NCBI GenBank assembly: GCA_032718475.1
Contig: JAUCBJ010006717.1
Span: 62,001-126,000, forward strand
Length of the DNA: 64,000 bases
Origin: Nemertoderma westbladi
Lineage: Eukaryota; Animalia; Xenacoelomorpha
Direction of reading: 5' to 3'
The notes beneath the pieces were generated by a model. That model did no database searches. It saw only the letters and a list, made by a program, of their open reading frames with translations, and was not told where the DNA came from. The stretch's first letter is position 1. Each line of letters begins with the position of its first letter. Positions 62,301 through 64,000 of this stretch are shown in pieces. A program made the translations under genes and the position numbers.

Positions 62301-62570
62301 TGGAATGAACTATCAGAATGGAATGAACTATCAGAATGGAATTAACAATCAGAATGGAATGAACTATCAGAATGGAATGAACTATCAGAATGGAATGAAC
62401 TATCAGAATGGAATGAACTATCAGAATGGAATGAACTATCAGAATGGAATTAACAACCAGTATGGAATGAATGAACTATCAGAATGGAATGAACAATCAG
62501 AATGGAATGAACTATCAGAATGGAATGAACTATCAGAATGGAATGAACTATCAGAATGGAATGAACAATC
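59330..62570 (+). repeat. Higher-order tandem duplication, offset 1653 bp (1635 at its left end)
   Basis: Matches at 59578/61231, 59860/61513 and 60818/62471. Shared 17-bp monomer TATCAAAAGGAA at about 59853/61506 and GAAATATC at about 59589/61242. Confidence 0.9.
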
Positions 62571-62989
62571 AGAATGGAATGAACTATCAGAATGGAATGA
62601 ACTATCAGAATGGAATGAACTATCAGAATGGAATGAACTATCAGAATGGAATGAACTATCAGAATGGAATGAACTATCAGAATGGAATGAACTATCAGAA
62701 TGGAATGAACTATCAGAATGGAATGAACTATCAGAATGGAATTAACTATCAGAATGGAATGAACAACCAGTATGGAATGAATGAACTATCAGAATGGAAT
62801 GAACAACCAGTATGGAATGAATGAACTATCAGAATGGAATGAACTATCAGAATGGAATGAACTATCAGAATGGAATGAACTATCAGAATGGAATGAACTA
62901 TCAGAATGGAATGAACTATCAGAATGGAATTAACTATCAGAATGGAATGAACAACCAGTATGGAATGTATGAACTATCAGAATAGAATG

Positions 62990-64000
62990 AACTATCAGAA
63001 TGGAATGAACTATAAAAATGGAATTAACAATCAGAATGGAATTAACAATCAGAATGGAATGAACAATCAGAATGGAATGAACTATCAGAATGGAATGAAC
63101 TATCAGAATGGAATGAACTATCAGAATGGAATGAACTATCAGAATGGAATGGCCAATCAGAATGGAATGAACTATCAGAATGGAATTAACAATCAGAATG
63201 GAATTAACAATCAGAATGGAATGAACAATCAGAATGGAATGAACTATCAGAATGGAATGAACTATAAAAATGGAATTAACTATCAGAATGGAATGAACTA
63301 TAAAAATGGAATTAACAATCAGAATGGAATTAACAATCAGAATGGAATGAACAATCAGAATGGAATGAACTATCAGAATGGAATGAACTATCAGAATGGA
63401 ATGAACTATCAGAATGGAATGAACTATAAAAATGGAATTAACTATCAGAATGGAATGAACAATCAGAATGGAATGAACTATCAGAATGGAATGAACTATC
63501 AGAATGGAATGAACTATCAGAATGGAATGAACTATCAGAATGGAATGAACTATAAAAATGGAATTAACAATCAGAATGGAATTAACAATCAGAATGGAAT
63601 GAACAATCAGAATGGAATGAACTATCAGAATGGAATGAACAATCAGAATGGAATGAACTATCAGAATGGAATGAACTATCAGAATGGAAATGAACTATCA
63701 GAATGGAATGAACTATCAGAATGGAATGAACAATCAGAATGGAATGAACTATCAGAATGGAATGAACTATCAGAATGGAATGAACTATCAGAATGGAATG
63801 AACTATCAGAATGGAATGAACTATAAAAATGGAATTAACTATCAGAATGGAATGAACAACCAGTATGGAATGTATGAACTATCAGAATGGAATGAACTAT
63901 CGGAATGGAATGAACTATCAGAATGGAATGAACTATCAGAATGGAATGAACTATCAGAATGGAATGAACTATCAGAATGGAATGAACTATCAGAATGGAA
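62990..64000 (+). repeat. Copy of about 58500-59510, offset 4489 bp
   Basis: GGCCAATC at 58662/63151, +1 insertion GGAAATG at about 59199/63688, ORF ends at 59337/63826. Confidence 0.85.

Larger units (their letters stand above)
1..64000 (+). repeat. Tandem satellite array, 18-bp monomer GAATGGAATGAACTATCA with interspersed 22-bp (+GAAT) monomers; extends beyond both window edges
   Basis: The monomer is directly readable in every line from position 1 to 64000, head-to-tail in one orientation. Deviations are only substitutions or 1-4 bp indels within monomers. Confidence 0.99.

Noticed and set aside
35-63826. Prion-like/Asn-rich (MNYQNG)n ORFs up to 489 aa, and (NELSEW)n ORFs
   Set aside because: An 18-bp monomer gives open frames automatically. 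Each +4 insertion shifts MNYQNG to NELSEW and then to a TGA-containing frame. Variants are mostly non-synonymous, stops are propagated (ATG TAA in four copies), and there is no unique N- or C-terminal sequence.
31900-63830. TATAAAA variants as TATA-box promoters
   Set aside because: They are two-base variants of TATCAGA within the monomer, with no downstream gene or other supporting context.
1-64000. CRISPR array or other repeat-spacer system
   Set aside because: There are no unique spacers; the sequence between GAATG cores is essentially constant, and no cas or other genes are present.
1-64000. Telomerase-synthesised long-unit telomeric repeat, as in budding yeasts with 8-26 bp units
   Set aside because: Kilobase-scale copying of variant patterns and a length of at least 64 kb indicate recombinational amplification rather than templated addition, and there is no G-rich strand or visible end. 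A subtelomeric location is not excluded.
1-64000. Heat-shock elements from repeated GAA
   Set aside because: HSEs need alternating inverted nGAAn units; here the GAA units are all direct repeats.
1-64000. Giant ORF under a TGA-recoded genetic code
   Set aside because: Reading TGA as sense would open the third frame, but TAA/TAG from the TTAAC, ATAAA, CATAA and TTAG variants still interrupt after frameshifts, and nothing else suggests coding.

Overview
The whole 64 kb window is one uninterrupted, single-orientation tandem satellite array. It holds roughly 3,400-3,500 copies of an 18-bp monomer, GAATGGAATGAACTATCA (33% GC, 8 A / 4 T / 4 G / 2 C on the + strand), interspersed with a 22-bp form carrying one extra GAAT. 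Both window ends lie inside the array. I see no unique sequence, transposon insertion, inversion, RNA gene or credible protein-coding gene. All listed ORFs (MNYQNG, NELSEW, IVHSIL repeats) are by-products of a monomer whose length is divisible by 3. The information is in the variant monomers. They define regional domains (left about 1-18 kb, homogeneous centre about 18-30 kb, transition about 30-45 kb, variant-rich right about 45-64 kb) and nested higher-order duplications of about 0.18 to 12.5 kb. This architecture resembles eukaryotic (peri)centromeric or heterochromatic satellite, but organism and function cannot be determined from the sequence. A stretch at about 17.6-23.9 kb shows loss of variants plus unique indels and may be gene conversion or an assembly/polishing artefact. 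Offsets quoted were read by eye from marker variants and the ORF track, so block boundaries are approximate.
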